Translations under genes and position numbers: made by a program
Part shown: piece by piece, positions 45,896-57,910 of the stretch
Layout: every line of letters begins with the position of its first letter
Position numbering within the stretch: the stretch's first letter is position 1
The notes under the pieces: generated by a model
Database searches by the model: none
What the model saw: only the letters and a program-made list of their open reading frames with translations
Told to the model about the DNA's origin: nothing
NCBI GenBank assembly: GCA_009886035.1
Contig: VFJN01000099.1
Location: 19,544 to 83,543, forward strand
Reading direction: 5' to 3'
Length of the DNA: 64,000 bases
DNA from: Actinomycetota bacterium
GTDB lineage: Bacteria > Actinomycetota > Acidimicrobiia > Acidimicrobiales > VFJN01

Positions 45896-46699
45896 CTACG
45901 AACTACTCTCTGGACTTTCAACCAAGGCCACCCGTACCGCCGCCACAACCCGATCGGCGAGGTCATGGCGGCAGATCAGCAGGTCGGGCGACCACGGGTC
46001 GGACTTGTTCCAGACCAGCGCTCGCCCATCGATGCCCGATACGTGCAGTCCGGCGGCGGCCGCCACGGCGGCCGGCGCGGCCGAATCCCATTCGTACTGA
46101 CCGCCGGCGTGGGCGTACACGTCGGCATCGCCCCGCACCACGGCCATGGCCTTGGCACCGGCTGAACCCATGGGCACCACGATGGCGCCGAGGGCCTCGG
46201 CAGCCACCAGAATGGCGGGGTGGGGGCGAGTGCGGCTGACCAGCATCCGGATCGGGCCTGCATGGCGCGGTGGCAGTAACGGTGGCGGTTCCGTCGCAAA
46301 GGTAAGCGAGGATGCCGGTAGCGCCACTGCCCCCGCCGTCAAACGACCCTCGACCACCAGGGCCACGTGGACGGCCCAATCCTCCCGGGGCGGTTCGCCG
46401 AACTCGCGGGTTCCGTCGAGCGGGTCGATGATCCAGATTCGCTCGGCAGTGAGCCGATGCGACACATCCGCGGCCTCCTCCGAGAGCACTGCATCATGGG
46501 GGCGAGATTTCGCGAGGGCGTCGGCGAGAAAGCGCTGGCTGGTGGCGTCCCCTTCTGCCTTCAACGCAGTGGGATCGGTGGAGCGAGCGCCGCCGCCCGT
46601 TCGCAACTCGGTGAGTACCCGCCCCGCCGCCGTGGCGAGCCACGCCGCCAGTTGATGATCGTCGGCATGGACTGGCAGGGGCGGGAGGGGTTCAGTCAT
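45896..46699 (-). CDS. cysQ: 3'(2'),5'-bisphosphate nucleotidase CysQ-like (inositol monophosphatase superfamily), copy 1
   Basis: An internal ATG at 46699 (or 46708) gives MTEPLPPLP... Motifs LSEEAAD and WIIDPLDGTREF, plus GSAGAKAMAVV...YEWDSAAPAAV. The long ORF-track N-terminal extension is not supported. Confidence 0.8.
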   Translation of the reverse strand: MTEPLPPLPVHADDHQLAAWLATAAGRVLTELRTGGGARSTDPTALKAEGDATSQRFLADALAKSRPHDAVLSEEAADVSHRLTAERIWIIDPLDGTREFGEPPREDWAVHVALVVEGRLTAGAVALPASSLTFATEPPPLLPPRHAGPIRMLVSRTRPHPAILVAAEALGAIVVPMGSAGAKAMAVVRGDADVYAHAGGQYEWDSAAPAAVAAAAGLHVSGIDGRALVWNKSDPWSPDLLICRHDLADRVVAAVRVALVESPESSS

Positions 46700-46829
46700 C
46701 CGCCACATGGTGCCGCAATCCCGCCGCTGTCCGCATCTCCAATCACCCAAGGGTGGCCGGTATCCACCCCGGCGCGGCCGCCAGGCTCTAAACCGAGGGG
46801 AGCGAACCAGCCACGGCGGGAGGCCAGGA

Positions 46830-47039
46830 ATGGAAGCGGCACAGCCACTTATGGGCAGCAGCCCGATCCTGCCGCACCACCTCCGAGGCTTCATCGGAGC
46901 GCCCGTGGTGGCCCGCACCACCAGCGGCGACATCCACGGCACGCTGCTTTCCTGCACGACACGCTCGGCATGGATCGTGGTGGGCGACGTGGACCATCTC
47001 GTGGCCCTCGCTCACCTGTGCAGCATTCGTCACCAGTAG
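46830..47039 (+). CDS. small hypothetical protein (69 aa), Sm/LSm-like beta-barrel pattern
   Basis: An ATG at 46830 is preceded by GGGAGG with 6-nt spacing. Strong GC3 bias. LRGFIGAPVVARTTSGDIHGTLLSCTTRSAWIVVGDVDHLVALAHLCSI resembles the Sm1/Sm2 layout. Confidence 0.4.
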   Translation: MEAAQPLMGSSPILPHHLRGFIGAPVVARTTSGDIHGTLLSCTTRSAWIVVGDVDHLVALAHLCSIRHQ

Positions 47040-47096
47040 AACCCCCACCCGTCCGGGTTCGAAGGTGGCCGGGGGGGGCCGATACTCTGATGCCCC

Positions 47097-48779
<1,683 letters not shown>

Positions 48780-49358
48780 TTAGGCGAGCAGCCCCACCAC
48801 CGCCGAGGCCATGACCTCGGCGCTGCCGGCGGAGGGGCGGAGCACCAACTCAGGCTGGACCGGAGCCTCGTAGGGGTCGTCGATGCCCGTGAATCCAGTG
48901 ATCTCCCCCGCTCGCGCCTTGGCGTACAGACCCTTGGGATCGCGCTGTTCGCAGACGTCGATCGGAGTATCGACGAAGACCTCAAAAAACGGAAGATCAG
49001 CGGCCCGGTGGAGGGCTCGAACGGCATCCCGGTCGGCCCGGTAAGGACTGATCAGGGGCACGAGCACCACGATCCCGGCGTCAGCCATGAGCCGGGCCAG
49101 GTGGCCCACCCGCCGCACGTTCTCGGCGCGATCGGCGGCCGAAAAACCGAGATCACCGTTGAGGCCTTGGCGAATGTTGTCGCCGTCAAGAATGTAAGCC
49201 GAGCGATCGAAGGCCACCAGGCGCGTCTCGCAGGCGACCGCCACCGTGGATTTACCCGATCCCGACAAGCCCGTGAACCACACGGTCGCGCCGAGCGACG
49301 GCCGGTCCCCTCGTGCCACCCCTCCGGGGTGCCAGGTGAGGTTGTCGCCGGTGGCCAC
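48780..49358 (-). CDS. cysC: adenylyl-sulfate kinase
   Basis: 192 aa with VWFTGLSGSGKSTVA (P-loop) and LDGDNIR. Confidence 0.92.
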   Translation of the reverse strand: MATGDNLTWHPGGVARGDRPSLGATVWFTGLSGSGKSTVAVACETRLVAFDRSAYILDGDNIRQGLNGDLGFSAADRAENVRRVGHLARLMADAGIVVLVPLISPYRADRDAVRALHRAADLPFFEVFVDTPIDVCEQRDPKGLYAKARAGEITGFTGIDDPYEAPVQPELVLRPSAGSAEVMASAVVGLLA

Positions 49359-50626
49359 TAGTCGCCGATAGGGGGCAGAATCATCCCGGCGCCCACGGTG
49401 GTGTTGGTGACCTCGTCCACGAGGATAAAACTGCCGGTGATTCGGTTCCGGCGGTACTCGTCGTAAAACAGCGGCAAGGTAGTACGCAGGGTTACCCGGC
49501 CGATTTCGTTGAGGGCTAAGCCAACCGCGTCGTCGTTACGGCTCAGGGTGTTGATATCGAGTTGATACTGCAGATCCTTCACGAGGGCACGAGCCCAACG
49601 CGTGGTGTGCTTGATGGCCAGTTTGGCCCCTTCCCGCAACCAACTCACCTCCGACATCCAACACACCATGGCCTCGATGTCCTGGCCCACGTGGGGTTGG
49701 TTCTTGCGCCGAGCGATCATGTCGCCGCGGCTGATATCGATTTCGTCGGTGAGCCGCAGGGTGACCGACATCGGAGCGAAGGCCTCGTCGATGGGGCCAT
49801 CGGCGTTATCGATCCCGGCGATCGTGGACGTGAAACCGGAGGGCAGGACCACTACCTCATCGCCCGGCCGAAAGACCCCGCCCGCCACCTGACCGGCGTA
49901 GCCCCGATAGTCGTGAGTGGCCACATCGGTCTGATTCTGTGGCCGGATCACGTACTGCACCGGGAACCGAGGGTCGATCAAGTTGCGATCGGAGGCGATG
50001 TGCACTTCCTCGAGGTGATGCAGCAGCGCGCTGCCCTCATACCAGGGCATGCGAACCGAGCGATCCACGATGTTGTCGCCATGAAGGGCCGATACCGGTA
50101 TGAAACTGAGGTCACTCACATCTAGTTTCATGGCGAAGGAACGGAACTCGCGCTTGATCTCTTCGAAGCGCTCTTCACTCCAGTCCACTAGGTCCATCTT
50201 GTTGATGCACAACACGAGATGCGGGATGCCGAGCAAGGACGCGAGGAAGGCATGGCGCCGAGACTGTTCCAAGACGCCCTTACGGGCATCGATGAGGATG
50301 AGCGCTACATCCGCAGTGGATGCACCGGTGACCATGTTGCGCGTGTATTGCGTGTGCCCCGGAGTGTCGGCGATGATAAATTTCCGCTTCGGCGTGGAGA
50401 AGTACCGGTAGGCAACGTCGATGGTGATGCCTTGCTCTCGCTCGGCACGGAGTCCGTCGGTGAGTAGCGCCAGGTTCGTGTACTCGTCGCCCCGTTCACG
50501 AGACGTGCGCTCCACGGCCTCCAATTGATCCTCGAAGATTGCCTTGGAGTCGTAGAGCAGGCGACCGATAAGGGTGCTCTTGCCGTCGTCGACCGATCCG
50601 GCAGTGGCGAGGCGAAGCATCTCCAT
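49358..50626 (-). CDS. cysN: sulfate adenylyltransferase subunit 1 (GTPase)
   Basis: GSVDDGKST, DTPGH and NKMD GTPase motifs. 1-nt overlaps with both cysD and cysC. Confidence 0.93.
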   Translation of the reverse strand: MEMLRLATAGSVDDGKSTLIGRLLYDSKAIFEDQLEAVERTSRERGDEYTNLALLTDGLRAEREQGITIDVAYRYFSTPKRKFIIADTPGHTQYTRNMVTGASTADVALILIDARKGVLEQSRRHAFLASLLGIPHLVLCINKMDLVDWSEERFEEIKREFRSFAMKLDVSDLSFIPVSALHGDNIVDRSVRMPWYEGSALLHHLEEVHIASDRNLIDPRFPVQYVIRPQNQTDVATHDYRGYAGQVAGGVFRPGDEVVVLPSGFTSTIAGIDNADGPIDEAFAPMSVTLRLTDEIDISRGDMIARRKNQPHVGQDIEAMVCWMSEVSWLREGAKLAIKHTTRWARALVKDLQYQLDINTLSRNDDAVGLALNEIGRVTLRTTLPLFYDEYRRNRITGSFILVDEVTNTTVGAGMILPPIGD

Positions 50627-51537
50627 CAGAAGTAGCCCTCCTTCTTCCGGTCTTCCATACCAGCCTCACTAATGCGATCATCAGCACGAGTGGCCCCGCG
50701 CTCAGTAAGGCGGGTGGCCGCCACCTCGGCGATCACCTCGTCGAGGTTCGATGCGGTGGATTCCACTGCTCCGGTGCAGGTGATATCGCCCACCGTTCGG
50801 AAGCGCACTATGCGCTCTTCCGCCTGCTCTCCGGGCAGTCGAGGGATGAGCACGGAGTCGTCCATCCACATGCCATCGCGCAAAAACACCTTGCGAGAAT
50901 GGGCGAAATAGATCGAAGGAAGCGCTATCTGCTCGTCGGCTATGTACTGCCAGATATCCAATTCGGTCCAGTTCGACAACGGGAATACCCTGATGTGCTC
51001 ACCCTGGCGATGGCGACCGTTGTAAAGGCCCCACAATTCGGGGCGCTGGTTCTTCGGGTCCCACTGACCGAACTCATCCCGGAAAGAGAACACTCGCTCC
51101 TTGGCCCGGGCCTTCTCCTCGTCGCGACGCGCCCCACCGAATACGGCGTCGTAACGCTCCTCCTCGAGGCCGCGCAGCAGGGTGATGGTTTGGAGGCGGT
51201 TACGACTTGCCCGAGGGCCAGTCTCCTCCACCACCCGCCCGCTGGCGAGGTCATCTTCCACACTGGCCACCACCAGGCGCACACCCACTTCCGCCACCAT
51301 GCGATCCCGAAACGCCAGTACCTCGGCGAAGTTGTGACCCGTGTCCACGTGCATCACCGGGAAAGGCACCCGCGCCGGGGCAAAAGCCTTGGCCGAGAGA
51401 TGGAGCATCACGATCGAGTCCTTCCCACCGGAAAACAGCATGGCAGGACGCGCGAACTCGGCCGCCACCTCACGGATGATGTGGATCGCCTCCGCCTCGA
51501 GGGCCCGAAGATGGGAGAGTTCGTAAGGCACGGGCAT
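50626..51537 (-). CDS. cysD: sulfate adenylyltransferase subunit 2
   Basis: 303 aa with LRALEAEAIHIIREV and the FSGGKDS PP-loop, the CysD pattern. Confidence 0.95.
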   Translation of the reverse strand: MPVPYELSHLRALEAEAIHIIREVAAEFARPAMLFSGGKDSIVMLHLSAKAFAPARVPFPVMHVDTGHNFAEVLAFRDRMVAEVGVRLVVASVEDDLASGRVVEETGPRASRNRLQTITLLRGLEEERYDAVFGGARRDEEKARAKERVFSFRDEFGQWDPKNQRPELWGLYNGRHRQGEHIRVFPLSNWTELDIWQYIADEQIALPSIYFAHSRKVFLRDGMWMDDSVLIPRLPGEQAEERIVRFRTVGDITCTGAVESTASNLDEVIAEVAATRLTERGATRADDRISEAGMEDRKKEGYF

Positions 51538-51578
51538 CGTGAGAGCATACGGGCAAATGGAACCAAGGCTGGTAAGAA

Positions 51579-52346
51579 ATGCTCGTGCCGCCTCCCCCCA
51601 CTGCCGCTGACCACGCGCTGGCCGTGCGGGCCGCCAATGAAGCCGGTCGCCTCCTCCTGCGACTGCGGGCCGATCTCATGGAGGCCGGGTTACACCCGTC
51701 GATCGTGGGGGACGAGGGCGACCGCCAAGCCCACGATCTATTGGTTGGGTTGCTGACCCAGGAAGCGCCGGCGGGTGATGCGATCCTGTCCGAGGAGGGA
51801 CGCGACGACCTCGCCCGTCTGGGCGCGGAGCGGGTCTGGATCATCGATCCCGTGGACGGTACGCAGCAGTTCAGCGAGCGGGGCCGAGCGGATTGGGCGG
51901 TCCACGTGGCCCTGACGATTCACGGCACCTTGGCGGCGGGTGCAGTGGCTCTCCCGGCTCGAGGCATCACCCTCGGCACCAGCCCTTCCCCGCCTGCGCC
52001 GGTTCCCTGGACGGGCCCGCCGCGCATTCTCGTGTCCCGCTCCCGTCCCTCCGTCCCTGCTCGCCTCATCCACGATGCGCTGGGAGGCACCCTCCTACCG
52101 CTGGGCTCCGCCGGGGCGAAGGCGATGGCGGTGGTGCTCGGCGAGGCTGACGTGTACGCCCATGCCGGTGGCCAATACGAGTGGGACAACGCCGCGCCGG
52201 CGGCCGTCGCCCTGGCCGCTGGCCTTCACGCCAGTCGCCTCGACGGCGCTCCCTTGACCTACAACTGCCGAGACCCGTGGCTACCGGACCTGCTCATCTG
52301 CCGCCTCGACCTAGCCGAGCATGCCCTCGATGCCCTCAACCGTTAG
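51579..52346 (+). CDS. cysQ: 3'(2'),5'-bisphosphate nucleotidase CysQ-like (inositol monophosphatase superfamily), copy 2
   Basis: LSEEGRDD, WIIDPVDGTQQF and GSAGAKAMAVV...YEWDNAAPAAV. Clear paralogue of 45896..46699. Divergent from cysD with only a 41-nt gap. Confidence 0.8.
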   Translation: MLVPPPPTAADHALAVRAANEAGRLLLRLRADLMEAGLHPSIVGDEGDRQAHDLLVGLLTQEAPAGDAILSEEGRDDLARLGAERVWIIDPVDGTQQFSERGRADWAVHVALTIHGTLAAGAVALPARGITLGTSPSPPAPVPWTGPPRILVSRSRPSVPARLIHDALGGTLLPLGSAGAKAMAVVLGEADVYAHAGGQYEWDNAAPAAVALAAGLHASRLDGAPLTYNCRDPWLPDLLICRLDLAEHALDALNR

Positions 52347-52359
52347 GTCAAACCCATTC

Positions 52360-54711
52360 TCAGACGATCCCTACGTTTCCGCCCACTGAATCCCCAAAAG
52401 GTAAGACCTTCGGCAGATGGAACAGCGGGGTGCTGAGAGGGCGAGCCAACAGGAAGCCCTGAGCAGCATCGCAACCGATAGCTCGGAGCCGCTCTAGTTG
52501 CACCCTGGTTTCTACCCCCTCGGCGACCGTGCGAATCCCAAGATTTTTCGTCATTTCCACTAACGATCTAACGAGCACATCACCTTTTGCGTCGCCGCCA
52601 AGCGCGGCAATGAAGGATTGGTCGATCTTTACAACGTCAACTGGCAACGTGGTGAGATAGCTCAGTGAGGAGTAGCCCGTGCCGAAATCATCGATCGCCA
52701 CTTGCACCCCCCAGCTTCGGAGGTCGTCGAGACATGGTCCGATCACCCCAAAGTCGACCATGACCGACTCCGTAACCTCCACCATCAAGCGCCGGGGGTC
52801 GAGACCACATTCGGCCAACATCTCCTTGATGATCAGGGCGGCATCGGGCTGAAGCAGTTGATGGGCGGCCACGTTGACCGATACCACGGTTGGAGGATCG
52901 ATCCAGGTGGCGGCCTCCGCACAAGCTGCCCGCATCACCCACCAACCAACGGCGACGATGGACCCTGTTCGCTCGGCGAGACCAATGAAGTCCGCCGGTT
53001 GGAGCAAGCCCCTCTCCGGGTGTTGCCACCGAACCAGAGCCTCTTGGCCACAGACGTGCCCGGTGGCGAGGTCAATGAGCGGCTGATAGTGCAGAAGAAG
53101 TTCATCGGTCAATGACGAAGCCATGATGCGGTCCATCAAATCCGACTCCATGGCTCGTCGTCGACCCATCTGCTGATCGAACAATGCCACTTGAGACTTG
53201 CCCCGAGCCTTGGCCTCATACATGGCCAGGTCAGCGTCCTTCAACACCTCTGAAACGCCAGTATAAATGCCCGCCGTTAGGCCAACGCTGGCGCTCATCC
53301 GCAGGTCGTGCATTCTCACACTAAAGGGAGTGGAGAAGACCTCAATCACCTGGGCCGCCACCATCGCTCCCCTCTCGCCGGCATCGGGTCCCCCGACAAA
53401 AATTCCGAATTCGTCGCCGCCCAGTCGCGCCGTCAACCCCTCCCGACCTACGGAGGATCGCAGACGCTCGCCGATCGCCACGAGCAGGGCATCGCCCACC
53501 TCGTGCCCCAGTTGGTCATTGACTGCCTTAAAATTGTCGAGATCGATGAAGAGCACCGCCACGACCCGATCGGGATGCTCGTTGATCGCCGCCTGAATCA
53601 TCCTTCGCAACTCGGCGCGGTTGGCCAACGTTGTCAGGACATCGTGAGTCGCTTGGAAACTGAGTACGGCCTCCCGGCGCTTGAGAGTGGCCACCGAGAC
53701 GGCAAGGCTCTCAACCATTACGACATTTTCTCGCTCGGCCAAGATCGACCGGATTATGAGCAGCAGCAGCAGCCCCGCCAGCAGAAATTCCTCGACACGA
53801 CCCATCTCAGCACCCTGGTAACCCTCGATGATCAGCCCCCCCACAACTGAACCGACCAGTCCGAAAATCATGACGTTCCACCTCGATGGATTGATCTTCT
53901 GGCCCGGGGACTCCTTCTCAACCGGCTCGGGGATGATGGCGGCGTGGGCCACCAAGGAAAAGCAAACAACCCATCCCCACGACGAGACAAAGGAAAGGAA
54001 ATTGTCCCCGAAGATGGAAACCTCACCGCCCGCCTCGACATAGAGAAATCCAACGTCAGCGATCCAGAGGAACCCGATAGCCCATAAGATCCGGTAAAAT
54101 TGGGACCTAAGACCAACCCCTCGGCGCTGGTAAACCGTGATACCTGCCGCTAATACGAACAGTTCGCCAATCGGGTAGATGACCAGCCTCAAAGTGCCAA
54201 TGAACTGATCAGTATTGCTGGCCAAGAGTCCCGAAAATTCGAAAATCGATAGGTAAGTGACGCCGACGAGGAACAGGATCAAAGCATCGACCGATGCCCT
54301 CAGAGCCGTTCCTTCATTCTTTCGTTGCGTGGGATAGATCAGTACCCCCGCCAACAGCCACGGAATCGCCAGACCGTAACCAACATCAGGCAAGGTGCTA
54401 GCGCTTTGCCCCAGGGGGTCAAGAACACCTTCGGCCATCCAAGCCGCCTGCCCGAGGCCCCAACATCCGCAGGCGGCGGCGATACACCACCAGGCCTTCG
54501 CCAATCGATCATCGGCTCGATGAGCCTTTCGGGCCGCCAACGGAGCCGCCCCACCCAGAATCAAAACCAAGAGAGCTACGTCGTAAATGACAAAGGTGCT
54601 GTCAAACCCCAACGCCGCCGCTGTGCTCCCCAGCGTTGCGATCCCGGCGACAAGACCGATACACAAGGCCGCGGTCCTCGGGGTCATACGCCATTTCCCC
54701 ACCGTGCCCAT
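52360..54711 (-). CDS. membrane-bound GGDEF/EAL protein (diguanylate cyclase / c-di-GMP phosphodiesterase)
   Basis: 783 aa with about 9 N-terminal TM segments, RLGGDEFGIF (GGDEF), QEALVRW (EAL) and DDFGTGYSS. Confidence 0.9.
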   Translation of the reverse strand: MGTVGKWRMTPRTAALCIGLVAGIATLGSTAAALGFDSTFVIYDVALLVLILGGAAPLAARKAHRADDRLAKAWWCIAAACGCWGLGQAAWMAEGVLDPLGQSASTLPDVGYGLAIPWLLAGVLIYPTQRKNEGTALRASVDALILFLVGVTYLSIFEFSGLLASNTDQFIGTLRLVIYPIGELFVLAAGITVYQRRGVGLRSQFYRILWAIGFLWIADVGFLYVEAGGEVSIFGDNFLSFVSSWGWVVCFSLVAHAAIIPEPVEKESPGQKINPSRWNVMIFGLVGSVVGGLIIEGYQGAEMGRVEEFLLAGLLLLLIIRSILAERENVVMVESLAVSVATLKRREAVLSFQATHDVLTTLANRAELRRMIQAAINEHPDRVVAVLFIDLDNFKAVNDQLGHEVGDALLVAIGERLRSSVGREGLTARLGGDEFGIFVGGPDAGERGAMVAAQVIEVFSTPFSVRMHDLRMSASVGLTAGIYTGVSEVLKDADLAMYEAKARGKSQVALFDQQMGRRRAMESDLMDRIMASSLTDELLLHYQPLIDLATGHVCGQEALVRWQHPERGLLQPADFIGLAERTGSIVAVGWWVMRAACAEAATWIDPPTVVSVNVAAHQLLQPDAALIIKEMLAECGLDPRRLMVEVTESVMVDFGVIGPCLDDLRSWGVQVAIDDFGTGYSSLSYLTTLPVDVVKIDQSFIAALGGDAKGDVLVRSLVEMTKNLGIRTVAEGVETRVQLERLRAIGCDAAQGFLLARPLSTPLFHLPKVLPFGDSVGGNVGIV

Positions 54712-54781
54712 CCAGTCACCTTAGCGGTTAGGCAGCCGCCCAGACGGTGGCCCGGACTCGTGCGTCCATCCGGGACGCGCG

Positions 54782-56374
54782 ATGATCGGGACGGTGGAAG
54801 CCACTGACTTGGAACTCGGAAGTTTCAGCGACGATGCCCCCTGGATTGTTGACCCAACCGCCCTTCGGTGGCGACGGTCAGTCCCCGGCCTACGCCGGCA
54901 GATCGCTGATGACCTCCCGCGCCTTACCCGCCCCGGCCGCGTTCCCCCCGGGCTGCGGGTGGTTCACACCGTCCGCTTATTGGGTACCGCCCTGGCCCTG
55001 TGGTATCTCGGCGCTCGCCGGGCCGGCGGTACCTCCTCACGGGCGGACATCTCCCGACGGCTGCGCGTGGCAGCCGAACAACTCGGACCCACGTACATCA
55101 AACTCGGGCAACTCCTGTCCTCTGGGGAGGGGATTTTCCCAGAGGAACTTGTCGCCGAATTCAAGAAATGTCGGGACCAAGTGCCAGCCGAACCCTTCAC
55201 GACCGTGCGCCGCGTCGTGGAAGAGGACATCGGCCGACCGCTGGAGGCCGTCTTCAGCCACTTCGACCCTGAGCCGTTGGCGGCGGCATCTATCGCCCAG
55301 GTGCATGCGGCCACTCTTCGAACCGGAGAACAGGTCGTCGTCAAGGTTCAGCGACCCTCGGTGGGCTCGTTGGTGCACCTCGACCTGCGGGTGATGGCCT
55401 GGATTGCCCCCTTTGCGCTCGGCCGCATCCCCATCGCAGCCCTGGCCAACCCGCCGGCACTGGTGGCGTTGTTCGCCGAAACCATCACTGAGGAACTGGA
55501 CTTCCGCATCGAGGCCGACAACATGCTCTCGGTTGCTCAGTCATTCGCCCTGCTGGGGCAACGGGGCTACGTGGTACCCCGTCCCCATCCAGAACTGGTG
55601 ACACCGCGGGTCTTGGTGATGGAGCGCCTCAGTGGCTTCAAGTTTGACGACGTCGTTGGCATGAAAGACGCGGGTGTCGATACCGAGGCGGTGGTGCGCA
55701 CCGGCCTGGTGGGGTTCATGGAGGGTGCGATGATCCACGGCATCTTTCACGGAGACCTGCACGGCGGGAACCTGTTCGTGCTGCCCGATGGGCGCACCGC
55801 GCTTCTCGATTTCGGCATCGTGGGCCGCCTGTCGGAACCGCGTCGTTTGGCTTTCCTGCGGCTTCTCATGACCGCCACCGCCAACGACGTCACCGGCCAG
55901 ATCGAAGCTCTGCGAGACCTCGGGGCCCTGCCGCCCGACACCGACATCGGCGCGGTCATCAACGACCTCGGCCTTGACCGTCCGGTCGTCGATCCCACCA
56001 CCCTCTCGGCCGAGGAACTGGTGCGCGAGATCCAGACAGTGATGAAGGCCTTGCTCGGGATCGGCGCCCAACTCCCGAAAGAACTCATGCTGTTCATCAA
56101 GAACTTGGTGTTCCTTGACGGCGCCGTGGCCACCCTCGCTCCCGACCTTGACATCATCGGTCAAATCGGTGAGGTGTCGATGCACTTCGCGCAGGTCCAC
56201 GGCGAACGCATCGCCGTCGATTTGGGGATGGACATGGGCGAGGGATACCAGGTGGATCTCACCGGCGTTAAGGCCAGCCTTGGCATAGAAGCCTCGGTCG
56301 ACACGGTGACCTATCGCGAGCTACAGCAACGGAGGGAGATCATTCGTGATCGCCTCCAACGACGCGGCAAATAG
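54782..56374 (+). CDS. ABC1/UbiB-family atypical kinase
   Basis: 530 aa with [22 protein letters not shown] and VVVKVQRP, the ABC1 hallmarks. Confidence 0.88.
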   Translation: MIGTVEATDLELGSFSDDAPWIVDPTALRWRRSVPGLRRQIADDLPRLTRPGRVPPGLRVVHTVRLLGTALALWYLGARRAGGTSSRADISRRLRVAAEQLGPTYIKLGQLLSSGEGIFPEELVAEFKKCRDQVPAEPFTTVRRVVEEDIGRPLEAVFSHFDPEPLAAASIAQVHAATLRTGEQVVVKVQRPSVGSLVHLDLRVMAWIAPFALGRIPIAALANPPALVALFAETITEELDFRIEADNMLSVAQSFALLGQRGYVVPRPHPELVTPRVLVMERLSGFKFDDVVGMKDAGVDTEAVVRTGLVGFMEGAMIHGIFHGDLHGGNLFVLPDGRTALLDFGIVGRLSEPRRLAFLRLLMTATANDVTGQIEALRDLGALPPDTDIGAVINDLGLDRPVVDPTTLSAEELVREIQTVMKALLGIGAQLPKELMLFIKNLVFLDGAVATLAPDLDIIGQIGEVSMHFAQVHGERIAVDLGMDMGEGYQVDLTGVKASLGIEASVDTVTYRELQQRREIIRDRLQRRGK

Positions 56375-56378
56375 CCCG

Positions 56379-57038
56379 GTGCGGCTGGTCATCGCTCGTT
56401 GTTCGGTGGACTACCAAGGGCGGCTTTCGGCCCACCTGCCCATGGCCACTCGGTTGATCATGGTGAAGGCTGATGGCTGCGTAGCCATCCACGCCGATGG
56501 AGGAGCCTACAAGCCGCTCAACTGGATGAACGCACCGAATCTCCTCGTTGAGAACGCCACCAACTGGACCGTCACTAGCCCCACGGGCGAGATCCTGCGA
56601 ATCACCATCGACGCTCTGCTCTCCGATCACACCCACGACCTTGGCCCCGACCCTGGCCTCCAGAAAGACGGTGTGGAGGCTCACCTCCAAGCCTTGCTGG
56701 CCGATGCCTGCCACCTCCTAGAAACGGGCCTGGTCTTAGTCCGTCGTGAACACCGCACCGAGATCGGCCCTGTCGACCTTCTCTGCACCGACGCCCTGGG
56801 CCGATCAGTGGCGGTGGAGATCAAACGCCGGGGCGAAATCGACGGGGTGGAGCAGCTCGCCCGCTACGTAGAGTTCATGGACCGAGACCCAATGCTGCGA
56901 CCGGTGCGCGGCATGTTGGTAGCCCAAGTGATCAAGCCCCAGGCAAAGGCCCTCGCCGCCGAGCGCGGCATCGTGTGCGTTGAGGTGGACTACGACACGC
57001 TACGCGGCATTGAGCGCGCCCAGACCTCGCTGTTCTAA
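56379..57038 (+). CDS. nucS: endonuclease NucS (EndoMS)
   Basis: A GTG at 56379, 5 nt after the upstream TAG, gives [16 protein letters not shown], the canonical NucS start. C-terminal RecB-like nuclease motif DLLCTD...VAVEIKRRG. Confidence 0.9.
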   Translation: MRLVIARCSVDYQGRLSAHLPMATRLIMVKADGCVAIHADGGAYKPLNWMNAPNLLVENATNWTVTSPTGEILRITIDALLSDHTHDLGPDPGLQKDGVEAHLQALLADACHLLETGLVLVRREHRTEIGPVDLLCTDALGRSVAVEIKRRGEIDGVEQLARYVEFMDRDPMLRPVRGMLVAQVIKPQAKALAAERGIVCVEVDYDTLRGIERAQTSLF

Positions 57039-57042
57039 GCCC

Positions 57043-57900
57043 TCAGGCTGAGTAAGTAACCCGCCCGGCGTCAATCACGATGCGGCCGTCCTGTCCGCAC
57101 GTCTGGAAAACGGCACTGCCGTCGCCGTCCAACCACGCGTTGACCTTCAAGGTCTCGCCGGGCATGACCGGAGACGAAAAGCGGGCGTCGAGTCCCTTGA
57201 AGCGGCTCGGATCCCCACCGCATAGCATGTGCAACAGCACCCGTCCGGTGAAACCGTAGGTGCACAGCCCATGCAGGATCGGTCGGTCGAACCCACCCAT
57301 AGCGGCGAAGGACGGATCCGAATGCAGCGGGTTGCGGTCCCCTGATAACCGGTAGATGAGAGCCTGGTCAGTTCGTGTCTGAACGGTGATGCTGTGATCG
57401 GGAGCGCTCCCGGGGGCCTGATTAGGCGTGCCCGAGGGGCCTCGATCGCCACCAAATCCACCTTCACCGCGGATGTAGGCCGACATGCGAGTGGAGAAAA
57501 GCGGTTCACCGGTACTCACCAGGGTGGCCGTGCTCTCCGACACGATGACCGCACCCTTGCCCTTGTCGTAGATGGCAGTGATCTCGCTCACCGCCTCGAG
57601 TTCACCCTCCACCGGAATCTCTTGGTGCATCGTGATTCCCTGCTCGCCATGCACGAGCATGGCCGGATTGAAGGACCCGATGGACCCGAAACTTCCCCCC
57701 ATCGGTCCGAGGACCACTGCGATGGTGGGTAGCGCCCGCAGGGGCGCGCCGTTGGTGTTTTCGGTGGTGAACTCCAGCTCGTCGAGGGGATCGGCTGCTC
57801 CGGCACCCACCCCGAGGGCGTAAATCAGCACATCCTTGCTGCTCCATGCGCGTCGGGTTGGCTCGGACTTCGTGCCCACTGCTTCAGGATTGATCGGCAT
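57043..57900 (-). CDS. MaoC-like double-hotdog (R)-specific enoyl-CoA hydratase
   Basis: An ATG at 57900 has AGGAG overlapping the upstream stop. YRLSGDRNPLHSDP is the hydratase-2 motif. 285 aa. Confidence 0.85.
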   Translation of the reverse strand: MPINPEAVGTKSEPTRRAWSSKDVLIYALGVGAGAADPLDELEFTTENTNGAPLRALPTIAVVLGPMGGSFGSIGSFNPAMLVHGEQGITMHQEIPVEGELEAVSEITAIYDKGKGAVIVSESTATLVSTGEPLFSTRMSAYIRGEGGFGGDRGPSGTPNQAPGSAPDHSITVQTRTDQALIYRLSGDRNPLHSDPSFAAMGGFDRPILHGLCTYGFTGRVLLHMLCGGDPSRFKGLDARFSSPVMPGETLKVNAWLDGDGSAVFQTCGQDGRIVIDAGRVTYSA

Positions 57901-57910
57901 CGGCCTGCTC

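Noticed and set aside
47048-47070. GGGTTCGAAGG sequence resembling a tRNA T-loop, plus a G8 run upstream of ettA.
   Set aside because: No complementary T-stem, acceptor stem or anticodon arm can be drawn around it. It is most likely just the ettA 5' UTR.
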